Shown: positions 1 through 9,388, counted from the first letter of the stretch. The stretch is 64,000 bases of DNA from an uncultured Verrucomicrobiae bacterium (GCA_963719495.1 CAVRCI010000002.1:160001-224000), one strand, 5' to 3'. Notes: generated by a model from the letters alone, not told the origin. Numbers and translations: made by a program.

Positions 1-426
1 AATCGCTCTTCGCTGCATTTTACATTCCGCGCTTTCGGGATCTACAGGACTTTGATATGAACTCCTGCTTAGAGAGGGGCGGATACGGATAATTAACCGC
101 CCGTTGCTTCTTAAAAGTCCATTCTCCACGTAACCGCCCATGCGCCCATCGGATGAACTAGCTCCTAGAGCTTGGGCATAGCCAGTGCGCGTCGTCAGGG
201 AGAAGTGACCTTGACCATCGGTGAGGCCCTCTCCTACTGACTGTGACATCATAGGGAAGAATGCAATAGGTGCCCCATATCTTGATGCGCTGACGTTGGC
301 GAAAGGTTCTGGTCGCTGAAGTGGTTCATTGTAAACGTGACCTTCATAGGTTGTGGGGGGCATGTCCGGGCTCCATGCACAACCAGCGAGTGACGTTGCA
401 AAAAGAACAGACGCAAACAATTTCAT
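1..426 (-). CDS. Cassette 29 (partial): putative lipoprotein, runs off the window edge
   Basis: Translated by hand as MKLFASVLFATSLAGCAWSPD..., with lipobox LAGC and an open frame down to position 1; ATG lies just after the attC. Confidence 0.75.
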   Translation of the reverse strand, partial: MKLFASVLFATSLAGCAWSPDMPPTTYEGHVYNEPLQRPEPFANVSASRYGAPIAFFPMMSQSVGEGLTDGQGHFSLTTRTGYAQALGASSSDGRMGGYVENGLLRSNGRLIIRIRPSLSRSSYQSPVDPESAECKMQRRAI

Positions 427-431
427 AATTT

Positions 432-558
432 ACCGAACGTCAAGCTCAGCCACCCTGAGCGGGCAATCAAGCCAACCCTGAGGTGAGCTGCCAATAGCGG
501 GAGCGAGCAACCCCAGCCAGCGAAGCGGCTAGGGGTTGGCTGCAGCGCCTTGTTCGGA
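432..558 (-). repeat. attC site (class A)
   Basis: R''..AAC-AAGGCGCTGCAGCCAACCCC...GGGTGGCTGAGCTTGAC-GTT..R' imperfect inverted repeat, 127 bp. Confidence 0.95.
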
Positions 559-833
559 TCCGCATCTTCGTGGTCCCGTCGGATCTAAAATCTGCAGCCT
601 TGCTCGCCGCCATGCCGAGTGATGATCGAGCCATACCAGCGAGTCAGACCGATGCGCTTCGATACGGAAATTGACGTCGAACGGACTGCGCAAAAATACC
701 TTGGTTTGGGCTTCCGGCCAGGAAAATCAACCTTATTGTGGACACCTTCCGAATACACCCAATTTATACAAAGCAAATTACAAACGAGCTTGTCTGCAGT
801 TTGGGCGCCGTAGAACAGGGGCATAGGTCCGAA
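438..833 (-). other. Cassette 28, family Y (396 bp; doubtful 79-aa ORF at 585-824)
   Basis: Homologous to 4581-4975 and 13502-13897. Confidence 0.85.
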
Positions 834-956
834 CGTCAAGCTCAGCCACCCTGAGCGGGGCAACGAACGTCTAGGCAAGGTGTTTGCCGGAAGGGGATCG
901 GTCGGCCAAGGCTTGCCTCAGGCCGGCTAGGGGTTGGCTGCAGCGCCTTGTTCGTC
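828..956 (-). repeat. attC site (class B, specific to family X)
   Basis: Same ends as class A with a different central arm, 129 bp. Confidence 0.95.
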
Positions 957-1298
957 GGAAGAGGTGACTGCACAATGGAGGACCCGATCGTCCGACAGGC
1001 CGACGATGGTCAAACCCAGCAAGCGGCTTCGTTAGAGCATTCAGTAGAAGAGGCTTCTGTGGTCCAGATTGACTACGCATTATAAATATATTGCTCGTGA
1101 CAAGAGCAGGCCGGAACGGATTCTGGATGGATCTACTCATGCCGCGTGAGCGCCCCAAGCGTGCATGGCAGGCGAATAATCGTTGGCGTCGAATCGGGAG
1201 TGATCAATAGAAAACCAGAATCGTGCTCAATCGTATGCCGAAGGGAATCGAACAACTCTGAACCTTCCCTTGATCTCAACCCCAATAAATCAGGCGAA
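834..1298 (-). other. Cassette 27, family X gene-less cassette (465 bp)
   Basis: One of 7 colinear copies. Confidence 0.9.
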
Positions 1299-1421
1299 CG
1301 TCAAGCTCAGCCACCCTGAGCGGAGCAACGAACGTCCAGGCAAGGTGTTTGCTGGAGGGGGATCGGTCGGCCAAGGCTTGCCTCAGGCCGGCTAGGGGTT
1401 GGCTGCAGCGCCTTGTTCGTC
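1293..1421 (-). repeat. attC site (class B)
   Basis: Conserved attC ends, 129 bp. Confidence 0.95.
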
Positions 1422-1763
1422 GGAAACGGTGACTGCACAATGGAGGACCAGAGCGTCCGACAGGCTGAGGATGATCAAATCCAGCAAACGGCTTCGTTAG
1501 AGCATTCAGTAGAAGATGCTTCTGAGGTCCAGATTGACTCCGCATTATAAATATATTGCTCGTGATAGGAGCAGGCCGGAACGGAATTTGGATGGATCTA
1601 CTCATGCCGCGTGAGCGCCCCAAGCGTGCATGGCAGGCGAATAATTCTTTGCGTCGAATCGGGAGTGATCAATGGAAAACCAGAATCGTGCTCAATCGTA
1701 TGCCGAAGTGAATCGAGCAAATCTGAAATTTTCCTTGATCTAAACCCCAATATATCAGGCGAA
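1299..1763 (-). other. Cassette 26, family X gene-less cassette (465 bp)
   Basis: One of 7 colinear copies. Confidence 0.9.
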
Positions 1764-1884
1764 CGTCAAGCTCAGCCACCCTGAGCGGGTAGCCGAGCCG
1801 ACCCTGAGGTGAGCTGCCGGTAGCGGGACCGAGCAACCCCAGCCAGCGAAGCGGCTAGGGGTTGGCTGCAGCGCCTTGTTCGGC
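1758..1884 (-). repeat. attC site (class A)
   Basis: Conserved attC ends. Confidence 0.95.
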
Positions 1885-1910
1885 TGTATTGTATTGTATT
1901 GTATTGTATT

Positions 1911-2177
1911 TTATTTATTTAGAGATCCGAATGACCAGTGAGTTGTAATTGATCCATCTTCCTGCGTTCGGGTCGACGACGTGCCATACCCGAAAGGATA
2001 ATTGTATCCGCCAAACAGTATGAATGAAATGAGCAGGATTTTAACTGTGGTCCAGTAGGATATTCGCTTCCAGCCGAACAGATCCGGAAAGGTGCTATTC
2101 CACAGGAGTTTTAGTAACAGGCATGCGAGTAGAAAGAATAAAGCAATGACTGGCAGGACGAATAAAAGGGGATTCAT
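1911..2177 (-). CDS. Cassette 25: small membrane protein (88 aa, two TM-like segments) with a ~180-bp leader
   Basis: Two hydrophobic stretches; ORF ends just before the attC. Confidence 0.7.
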   Translation of the reverse strand: MNPLLFVLPVIALFFLLACLLLKLLWNSTFPDLFGWKRISYWTTVKILLISFILFGGYNYPFGYGTSSTRTQEDGSITTHWSFGSLNK

Positions 2178-2356
2178 TATCTTGATTTTCTATCGTGGTC
2201 AGTCGTACGTTGCGAGGATATGCGAGTTATAGTGACCGAGTCCAAGAACAGTGTGCGAACAGCAAAGGGTATGCCGCTAACAAAACATTTTATTCCTAAG
2301 TTTTTCGGATCTCGAACGTCTCAAGGCTTCTTAAACCTCCGAAGCCATTTACATGA

Positions 2357-2485
2357 GCCGAACGTCAAGCTCAGCCACCCTGAGCGGGGCAACGAACGTC
2401 TAGGAAAGGTGTTTGCGGGAAGGGGATCGGTCGGCCAAGGCTTGCCTCAGGCCGGCTAGGGGTTGGCTGCAGCGCCTTGTTCGTC
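2357..2485 (-). repeat. attC site (class B)
   Basis: Conserved attC ends. Confidence 0.95.
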
Positions 2486-2827
2486 GGAAACGGTGACTGC
2501 ACAATGGAGGACCCGATCGTCCGACAGGTCGACGATGGTCAAACCCAGCAAGCGGCTTCGTTAGAGCATTCAGTAGAAGAAACTTCCGAGGTCCAGATTG
2601 ACTCCGCATTATTAATATATTGCTCACGACAGGAGCCGGGCGTAACGGATTTTGGATTGATCTACTCTTGCCGCGTGAGCGCCCCATGAGTACATGGCAG
2701 GGGAATAACCGTTGGCGTCGAATCGGGAAAGATCAATGGAAAACCAGAATCGTGCTCAATCGTATGCCGAAGGGAATCGAGCAACCCTGAACTTGCCCTT
2801 GATCTCAACTTCAATAAATCAGGCGAA
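2363..2827 (-). other. Cassette 24, family X gene-less cassette (465 bp)
   Basis: One of 7 colinear copies. Confidence 0.9.
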
Positions 2828-2948
2828 CGTCAAGCTCAGCCACCCTGAGCGGGCGATCAAGCCAACCCTGAGGTGAGCTGCCAATAGCGGGACCGAGCAA
2901 CCCCAGCCAGCGAAGCGGCTAGGGGTTGGCTGCAGCGCCTTGTTAGCC
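2822..2948 (-). repeat. attC site (class A)
   Basis: Conserved attC ends. Confidence 0.95.
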
Positions 2949-3482
2949 CTCATTTGATATTTTCATGTATTGAAACATTGGATACCCCGCCCATCCGTTG
3001 GGGAGAACAATCACTCTTGCATGAACGGGTTGCTCTGGTGAATCGGATTGCGAAGGAGCGTAGGTGTGAATGATATGGACATAATAAGAATATTTTCCTC
3101 TTGGTTTGTCTTTGTTCGTGGTTGAGGTGGAAGATATACGTTCAATTGAGACAAGCTCTGTCGATAGGAGCTTATTCTTACTTTTGCTCGAACTTGGTAG
3201 GTTATCTCCGTGGAAAGATTCTGCGCGGTTATAGGCATCTTTGAACGTAAAACCATATGCAGAGGGATCGTCCAAATCTACTGGCTCGATCGAGTCCCAT
3301 AGCTTCTTCGGGGCTATGAATGTCATGAAGACCTTCTCCGAACGTATAACTTCTTCTTTGGTGGATAAGACCGTATCCCCGCCTTGTGGGATAAACGGGA
3401 TGCAATAGCGCTCCTCTGCAGAACGTGTAATGTGCGCGGTGGAAAGAAGTAGTGCAGCGAGTAGGATTGGATGTGTATTCAT
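2943..3482 (-). CDS. Cassette 23: secreted hypothetical protein (179 aa)
   Basis: Signal-peptide-like start MNTHPILLAALLLSTAH; stop TAA lies within R''. Confidence 0.8.
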   Translation of the reverse strand: MNTHPILLAALLLSTAHITRSAEERYCIPFIPQGGDTVLSTKEEVIRSEKVFMTFIAPKKLWDSIEPVDLDDPSAYGFTFKDAYNRAESFHGDNLPSSSKSKNKLLSTELVSIERISSTSTTNKDKPRGKYSYYVHIIHTYAPSQSDSPEQPVHARVIVLPNGWAGYPMFQYMKISNEG

Positions 3483-3491
3483 GTGATTATG

Positions 3492-3618
3492 GGCTAACGT
3501 CAAGCTCAGCCACCCTGAGCGGGTAATCAAGCCAACCCCCGGGTGAGCTGCCAATAGCGGGACCGAGCAACCCCGGCCAGCGAAGCGGCTAGGGGTTGGC
3601 TGCAGCGCCTTGTTAGCC
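3492..3618 (-). repeat. attC site (class A)
   Basis: Conserved attC ends. Confidence 0.95.
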
Positions 3619-4098
3619 CTGTATTTTTTCAGGTTCTACAAGTTCAATCGTAGCGTTATTCCGTAGGGTTTCGATAAACTGATCAAGAGTAGGTTGAGTG
3701 GCATCCTTCCTATTCTCTGTTTTGATGGCTTGACGGAGTGCTTGGACCGCCAATTTGTCGGTTTCGACCTGCGTGAAGGAATTCATTGTATAACCTTGGT
3801 CAGCGAGGGATTTATCGAACGCTTCCTGATCTCCCTTGAATTCTTCGTTGAGGATCGTAGTTGTCCGGTCGTTTATCAGTGTGTCAGGAATCGTGTATTT
3901 ACGCCTTTGAAATTCCAGTAATATCAATTTACGATGGATGGCATCGTTACGAAATGTTTCAAAGTCAGGTTTTGATAAGTCATCGATGGATACCATGACT
4001 GGGCTTTTGTCGACGTATGCGCAAACGACCTGCTCTGCAGCCGATGTGATAGCAACTTGAGTCAATAGGAGTAGTGTTGTGACGATGTTTGTTTTCAT
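3613..4098 (-). CDS. Cassette 22: secreted SurA N-terminal-domain-like protein lacking a PPIase domain
   Basis: Signal peptide; RKLILLEF...GDQEAFDKSLADQGYTMNSF and C-terminal LDQFIETLRNNATIE resemble SurA/PrsA chaperone helices. Confidence 0.7.
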   Translation of the reverse strand: MKTNIVTTLLLLTQVAITSAAEQVVCAYVDKSPVMVSIDDLSKPDFETFRNDAIHRKLILLEFQRRKYTIPDTLINDRTTTILNEEFKGDQEAFDKSLADQGYTMNSFTQVETDKLAVQALRQAIKTENRKDATQPTLDQFIETLRNNATIELVEPEKIQG

Positions 4099-4109
4099 AG
4101 AATTTTATG

Positions 4110-4238
4110 GGCTAACGTCAAGCTCAGCCACCCTGAGCGGGGAAACGAGCGTCTAGGAAAGGTGTTTGCTGGAGGGGGATCGGTCGGCCAAGGCTTGCCG
4201 TAGGCCGGCTAGGGGTTGGCTGCAGCGCCTTGTTCGTC
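4110..4238 (-). repeat. attC site (class B)
   Basis: Conserved attC ends. Confidence 0.95.
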
Positions 4239-4580
4239 GGAAACGGTGACTGCACAATGGAGGACCTGAGCGTCCGACAGGCTGACGATGATCAAATCCA
4301 GCAAGCGGCTTCGTTAGAGCATTCAGTCGAAGAGGCTTCTGTGGTCCAGATTGACTACGCATTATAAATATATTGCTCGTGACACGAGAAGGGCGGAACG
4401 GATTCTGGATTGATCTACTCTAGCCGCGTGAGCGCCCCAAGCGTGCAGGGCGGGCGAATAACCGTTGGCGTCGAATCGGGAGTGATCAATAGAAAACCAG
4501 AATCGTGCTCAATCGTATGCCGAAGGGAATCGAACAACTCTGAACCTTCCCTTGATCTCAACCCCAATAAATCAGGCGAA
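4116..4580 (-). other. Cassette 21, family X gene-less cassette (465 bp)
   Basis: One of 7 colinear copies. Confidence 0.9.
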
Positions 4581-4701
4581 CGTCAAGCTCAGCCACCCTG
4601 AGCGGGCAACCGAGCCAACCCCCAGGTGAGCTGCCAATGGCGGGAACGAGCAACCCCAGCCAGCGAAGCGGCTAGGGGTTGGCTGCAGCGCCTTGTTCGG
4701 A
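4575..4701 (-). repeat. attC site (class A)
   Basis: Conserved attC ends. Confidence 0.95.
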
Positions 4702-4975
4702 TCCGCCCGTCCGTGGTCCCGTTGGATCTGCTATCTACAGCCTTGCTCATTGTCTAGCCGACTGATGATCGAACCATGCCAACGAGTGATACTGATGCTG
4801 GTCGATAGCGAAATACGCAACGAATGAGCTGGGTAAAATACCTTGGTTTGGGCATTCGGATACTCAAAGCAACCTCATTGTGAACACCTTCCGAATACGC
4901 CAATTTTATACAAAGCAAACTACGAACGAGTTTGTTTGCAATTCGGGCGTCCGGCGACTGGGGCATAGGTCCGAA
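4581..4975 (-). other. Cassette 20, family Y (395 bp; ORF frameshifted relative to the other copies)
   Basis: Homologous to the other Y copies but 1 bp shorter. Confidence 0.85.
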
Positions 4976-5096
4976 CGTCAAGCTCAGCCACCCTGAGCGG
5001 GCAATCGAGCCAACCCCCAGGTGAGCTGCCGATAGAGGGACCGAGCAACCCCAGCCAGCGAAGCGGCTAGGGGTTGGCTGCAGCGCCTTGTTAGGC
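4970..5096 (-). repeat. attC site (class A)
   Basis: Conserved attC ends. Confidence 0.95.
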
Positions 5097-5097
5097 G

Positions 5098-5604
5098 TCA
5101 CAGCTTCTTTAGTCTAGCAGCATACGATGAAGGAAGCAGTGGCTTATGCCTTGAGGCGAGACTGCTGATCATGAAGGCGTAGTCCGAGCTAAACTCCATG
5201 TAACGCATGACCAAGGCAATGTTCTCTCTTCGTTTGACTTCGCTATTGTTGACTGAAGCAAACCACGGAGAATTCGGAATGGGTCCAGAATGATTTGATT
5301 GTCCTGTAGATTCTATTTCTTCACCGGATTTCGCAAAATAGGTGCGAATCGTGCCTCTGATCTTTGAGACTGCGTTCTCGAATCCGTCGCTGTCAGCGTG
5401 AAATAAAACACTCAGTATCCCTAAATATCTCACTCCATATCTGAATGAAGTTGGAAGATTTGAGGTATCCAAAAGAATAGGTTCCACTGATCTACGTCCT
5501 CCACTAAGTCGAATTACATCTTCCGGTGTTAGAACATATTTTACGGCATGTTCGCAGACGGCAACGAACGTCTCGGCAGCGAGGGCGGGAGGCTGGTATT
5601 TCAT
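5098..5604 (-). CDS. Cassette 19: SeqA C-terminal-domain-like DNA-binding protein (168 aa)
   Basis: RYLGILSVLF..D...F..A...IRGTIRTYFA........G.......PNSPWFASVNNS...R..I..VM.YM.F aligns by eye without gaps to the recalled E. coli SeqA-C (RFMLLLSTLY..D...F..A...LHGRTRVYFA...PGTPYWVITNTN). Confidence 0.75.
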   Translation of the reverse strand: MKYQPPALAAETFVAVCEHAVKYVLTPEDVIRLSGGRRSVEPILLDTSNLPTSFRYGVRYLGILSVLFHADSDGFENAVSKIRGTIRTYFAKSGEEIESTGQSNHSGPIPNSPWFASVNNSEVKRRENIALVMRYMEFSSDYAFMISSLASRHKPLLPSSYAARLKKL

Positions 5605-5612
5605 ATTATTTC

Positions 5613-5738
5613 GCCTAACGTCAAGCTCAGCCACCCTGAACGGGCGAACTGAGGCAACTGGTGATCAACTGCCGGTAGAAGGTCCGCGCAACCCCAGGAG
5701 CGAAGCGGATAGGGGTTGGCTGCAGCGCCTTGTTCGGC
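5613..5738 (-). repeat. attC site (class C)
   Basis: 126 bp, distinct central arm. Confidence 0.95.
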
Positions 5739-6051
5739 CAACAGCGCCCAAATAACCGAAAGCTCTGCCATCCTACCATAGGTTTCGTGGTATCAAAAGT
5801 TATCATGATGGAATTGAAATGAGCTGTTGGCTCTTCGAAGATATCTCAAGTTGGCAAAAATAAATTTTTCGCTCCGCGAGTGTTTGATGCAGCGATCGTG
5901 ACAGACTGAAGCCCCGATAAGCCGGAGGAAGCATTGCTGATCGCGGGCCGTCCGCCTTGAGATCGCGGGCCGTCCGCCTTGAGATCTCGTGTAGATGGGG
6001 AGAAGGCGAGCGAGCTACCAATATATTCCTCCGCCGGAGGCTGAAGCCGAA
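5619..6051 (-). other. Cassette 18, family Z gene-less cassette (433 bp, with a 22-bp tandem duplication at 5939-5982)
   Basis: Homologous to 6691-7102; no conserved ORF. Confidence 0.85.
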
Positions 6052-6172
6052 CGTCAAGCTCAGCCACCCTGAGCGGGCAATCAAGCCAACCCTGAGGTGA
6101 GCTGCCGATAGCGGGACCGAGCAACCCCAGCCAGCGAAGCGGCTAGGGGTTGGCTGCAGCGCCTTGTTCGGC
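6046..6172 (-). repeat. attC site (class A)
   Basis: Conserved attC ends. Confidence 0.95.
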
Positions 6173-6182
6173 TGTATTTGTA

Positions 6183-6470
6183 TCAGAGTAACCGCGCACT
6201 ATGCCAGAATCGAGAAATGAGCACTGCCCGGCGTTGGTGATCTACGCGATAAATGATCCGGTAGGCTCCGTAAACGAGTTGCCGAGTTCTGCCATCATCG
6301 AACTCGGGAACAAGATTGCCCCTATCCGGCAGAATGCAGAGTGAAAGGGCCTCATCAATGAGTTGGTTTCCGAATCTTTCAGCGGCTCTCGGATCGTCAA
6401 AGGAAATATACCGGGCAATCTGACCAAGATCGCGGATTGCCCGTGGCGAGATTAAGACCTTGAAATCCAC
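6183..6470 (-). CDS. Cassette 17: RelE/ParE-family toxin
   Basis: ISPRAIRDL..I..YI..D.P.AA...P..G..VPE...R.L..G.YRIIYRV...I....H.AR pattern. Confidence 0.92.
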   Translation of the reverse strand: MDFKVLISPRAIRDLGQIARYISFDDPRAAERFGNQLIDEALSLCILPDRGNLVPEFDDGRTRQLVYGAYRIIYRVDHQRRAVLISRFWHSARLL

Positions 6471-6640
6471 GAGGGAATCATCTGGCGAACGTCCTCAGCG
6501 GGAATACCTTCTCCTCTCTCTAACTCATCGAATCCCTCTCGGACTCCAGCAATGAAGTCAATTTCGCGGGCAATGTCGGCCAGCGAAACCTCGGTTGGAA
6601 GACGCTGAATCAGATCGATTGCGATGTCTTGGCTGCTCAT
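6452..6640 (-). CDS. Cassette 17: cognate antitoxin (62 aa)
   Basis: Small acidic ORF overlapping the toxin start; LIQRLP...VREG..E.E.G.GIP pattern. Confidence 0.85.
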   Translation of the reverse strand: MSSQDIAIDLIQRLPTEVSLADIAREIDFIAGVREGFDELERGEGIPAEDVRQMIPSWISRS

Positions 6641-6646
6641 GCGATC

Positions 6647-6674
6647 AAGATGGACGGTGAAACAGATTTTGCAA
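6647..6674 (-). promoter_or_regulatory. Putative sigma70 promoter of the TA cassette (leaderless)
   Basis: TTGCAA-N16-CATCTT-N6-ATG. Confidence 0.55.
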
Positions 6675-6684
6675 GACAATCAGA

Positions 6685-6810
6685 GCCGAACGTCAAGCTC
6701 AGCCACCCTGAACGGGCGATCTGAGGCTGCTGGTGATCAACTGCCGGTAGAAGGTCCGCGCAACCCCAGGAGCGAAGCGGATAGGGGTTGGCTGCAGCGC
6801 CTTGTTCGGC
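6685..6810 (-). repeat. attC site (class C)
   Basis: Conserved attC ends. Confidence 0.95.
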
Positions 6811-7102
6811 CAAAACCGCCCAAACAACCGAAACGTCAGCCAGCCTGCCATAACTTTCATAGTATCAAGAGCATTCATGATAGAATCGAAATGAGCTGAT
6901 TGCTCTTCGGTGATATCTCAAGTTGGCAAAAAATAAATTTTTCGCTCCGCGAGAGGTTGATGCAGCGATCGTGACAGACTGAAGCCCCGATAAGCCGGAA
7001 GAAGCATTGCTGATCGCGGGCCGTCTGCCTTGAGATCTCGTGTAGATGGGGAGAAGGCGACCGAGCTACCAACATATTCCTCCGCCGGAGGCTGAAGCCG
7101 AA
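6691..7102 (-). other. Cassette 16, family Z gene-less cassette (412 bp)
   Basis: Homologous to 5619-6051. Confidence 0.85.
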
Positions 7103-7222
7103 CGTCAAGCTCAGCCACCCTGAACGGGCGAACTGAGGCTACTGGTGATCAACTGCCGGTAGAAGGTCCGCGCAACCCCAGGAGCGAAGCGGATAGGGGT
7201 TGGCTGCAGCGCCTTGTTCGGT
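7097..7222 (-). repeat. attC site (class C)
   Basis: Conserved attC ends. Confidence 0.95.
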
Positions 7223-7227
7223 CTGTA

Positions 7228-7644
7228 TTATCGTGATTGCTCTTTGATGGTTTCAAGCAGCTTCGTATAGGGTGTCCAGATGACCTCTAAACTGGTTGGA
7301 TCGGAGGGAACCACGAAGAATGCATAGCCGACGTGAAGCTCTTCGTGAATAACCGCAACTTTGAGCTCTGGATTTTTAATTGAGCTATACCAAGTGACAA
7401 TACGAACACCTGATTCCTTTTGAGTTGGAAGAATGAAATTGTTGCCTTTTGGAGCTTCTGTAACTGCAAAGCCATTGCTGAGCAAAGCTGACTTGAACTT
7501 GCTTTCAGACTGTGTCGCGTCAGAAGTGGAATTGCTGGTCTGCCCCCAACTGAATGACGCGGAATCTACAATGGGAAGCTTCTTATCTGCGGCGTGGCAG
7601 ACTGAAACTGTGAGCATAACTAAAGATGCGATTTGGATTTTCAT
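7228..7644 (-). CDS. Cassette 15: secreted hypothetical protein (138 aa)
   Basis: Signal peptide MKIQIASLVMLTVSVCHA; ORF fills the cassette. Confidence 0.8.
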   Translation of the reverse strand: MKIQIASLVMLTVSVCHAADKKLPIVDSASFSWGQTSNSTSDATQSESKFKSALLSNGFAVTEAPKGNNFILPTQKESGVRIVTWYSSIKNPELKVAVIHEELHVGYAFFVVPSDPTSLEVIWTPYTKLLETIKEQSR

Positions 7645-7654
7645 AAATTTAATG

Positions 7655-7781
7655 ACCGAACGTCAAGCTCAGCCACCCTGAGCGGGCGACCAAGCCAACC
7701 CCACGGTGAGCTGCAGGTAGCGGGACCGAGCAACCCCAGCCAGCGAAGCGGCTAGGGGTTGGCTGCAGCGCCTTGTTAGGA
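7655..7781 (-). repeat. attC site (class A)
   Basis: Conserved attC ends. Confidence 0.95.
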
Positions 7782-7830
7782 CTGTATTTCCACGTTTCCC
7801 GTTCATTGGAAAGTGCATTGGAACAGTCAC

Positions 7831-8256
7831 TTATTTGAAGTTGTCTGGATTTTGAACATGGTCGATGGCTACCCCCTTCTTTTTGGAGCTTCTCTTTGAA
7901 TAAGTGCAGATGCAAATTAGAAAAGATGCTACGCATGCCGCTTTCAGAATAAGCAGCAAGATCGGCTGAAACCAAGCTCTCGTAAATACCTCGATAAAAT
8001 CTGATAGTCCGAATAAAGCAAATGAGATCGTGCATGCCATCAATATGTCCTGATCTCCCCGACTCTTTTTGCGGTTATTGAGAAATGCAAAGGCGATCGC
8101 CAGCCAGAATACTCCTTCGATGAGATTGAATATCTGGTCTAATTCAAGTCGGGGTATTCGAATAGCGATAAATCCAAGAATCATTGAAGCGATTGCGACT
8201 CCCCATATTCCGAATTCCAAAAATGCGGTAGGGAATGCAGTGTATTGCTTCTTCAT
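7831..8256 (-). CDS. Cassette 14: membrane protein, about 4 TM segments (141 aa)
   Basis: Four hydrophobic segments; FN.IEG.FW and FGLSDFIE motifs; ATG immediately after R'. Confidence 0.8.
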   Translation of the reverse strand: MKKQYTAFPTAFLEFGIWGVAIASMILGFIAIRIPRLELDQIFNLIEGVFWLAIAFAFLNNRKKSRGDQDILMACTISFALFGLSDFIEVFTRAWFQPILLLILKAACVASFLICICTYSKRSSKKKGVAIDHVQNPDNFK

Positions 8257-8259
8257 GAG

Positions 8260-8386
8260 TCCTAACGTCAAGCTCAGCCACCCTGAACGGGTGATCGAGC
8301 CAACCCTGAGGTGAACTGCCAATAGCGTGACCGAGCAACCCCAGCCAGCGAAGCGGCTAGGGGTTGGCTGCAGCGCCTTGTTAGGT
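8260..8386 (-). repeat. attC site (class A)
   Basis: Conserved attC ends. Confidence 0.95.
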
Positions 8387-8398
8387 CTGCATCGTGTT

Positions 8399-8674
8399 TT
8401 ATACCAACGTGAATAGTTCTACCGTTCCTCCGGATTTATGAATAGGACTTTGAACCATGATACTCTTGGCAGTATCAATATCTGGAACTTCAATGGCGAT
8501 GTATCCAGTAACTGTCTCTGAAATGCATGAATCAAATCTATTGTTTTTTAGCGAGATGCCATTGTCCAGAGCAGAGCCGCCAATGATGTATCCCTTTTCA
8601 TGGAGCATCGAAAAATAGTCATCCCAGTCATTCGACTGTCCGACGCCATGGTTGATCATGATGTATTTATTCAT
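8399..8674 (-). CDS. Cassette 13: YciI-related domain protein
   Basis: GG.AL...VTGYI.IE..D.D.A......P....GG.VEL pattern. Confidence 0.75.
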   Translation of the reverse strand: MNKYIMINHGVGQSNDWDDYFSMLHEKGYIIGGSALDNGISLKNNRFDSCISETVTGYIAIEVPDIDTAKSIMVQSPIHKSGGTVELFTLV

Positions 8675-8750
8675 TTTTGGATTCGAGTCCGGTAAAACTC
8701 TATGTGTTATTTGCAAACTTGCTGTGTGTTTAAATGCATTATTTTGAATG

Positions 8751-8876
8751 ACCTAACGTCAAGCTCAGCCACCCTGAACGGGCGAGCGGAGGCAACTGGT
8801 GATCAGCTGCAGGTAGAGGGTCCGCGCAACCCCAAGAGCGAAGCGGATAGGGGTTGGCTGCAGCGCCTTGTTAGGG
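8751..8876 (-). repeat. attC site (class C)
   Basis: Conserved attC ends. Confidence 0.95.
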
Positions 8877-9185
8877 CTGTATTATGATATAGCTTCCAGG
8901 GTCCGCCGTATCCACCGCTGTGACAATCTTCGGAATGAAGGGCTTGAGAAATGGCCAGCGAATCGTGAAGAGTTCGACAATAGCGATCTTGCGGTTGGAC
9001 AAGTTTTGCTGATACCGGAGGTTCTTGTCTCCGAGGACAAAAACATCGAAGCGGGCGTCAATCAGCTTCATCAACTCACCATTTTTAACGCCGGCCCAAC
9101 CCTGATGTTGCACCGAAGTGGTGGAATGGTGATCGAGATACTTCAGTAGCGGATGAGGAACATTCTCATCAATGATGACCGTCAT
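8871..9185 (-). CDS. Cassette 12: PIN-like toxin (DUF5615/VapC45-like)
   Basis: IIDENVP...GW.G.KNG.L...FDVF...DKNLRYQQNL motifs; 4-nt overlap with the upstream DUF433 gene. Confidence 0.88.
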   Translation of the reverse strand: MTVIIDENVPHPLLKYLDHHSTTSVQHQGWAGVKNGELMKLIDARFDVFVLGDKNLRYQQNLSNRKIAIVELFTIRWPFLKPFIPKIVTAVDTADPGSYIIIQP

Positions 9186-9388
9186 GAATCTGATTGTGCC
9201 AGTCGTAGAAGCTCTTCCGCATCCACTTTTTGAACCGAGGGGAAAAAGCTGATGAAGTCATCCAGAGAGTATCCATCAGTCACGTAGTCCAAAAGCGTCT
9301 GAGCTGGAACGCGACTACCTCTGAAAACGATCGTGCCACCCAGAATTTCTGGGTCGGAGTGAACTGGACTGTGATCTAGCGAGATCAT
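9182..9388 (-). CDS. Cassette 12: DUF433 antitoxin
   Basis: DPEILGG..VFRG.RVP...L.DY...G.S.D.F...FP signature. Confidence 0.92.
   Translation of the reverse strand: MISLDHSPVHSDPEILGGTIVFRGSRVPAQTLLDYVTDGYSLDDFISFFPSVQKVDAEELLRLAQSDS

Noticed and set aside
957..1292. Strongly structured ncRNA in family X
   Set aside because: Candidate stems (AAGGGAA/TTCCCTT, CATGC/GCATG, ATCGTC/GACGAT) are broken without compensation in other copies, so it is not called as ncRNA pending covariation analysis
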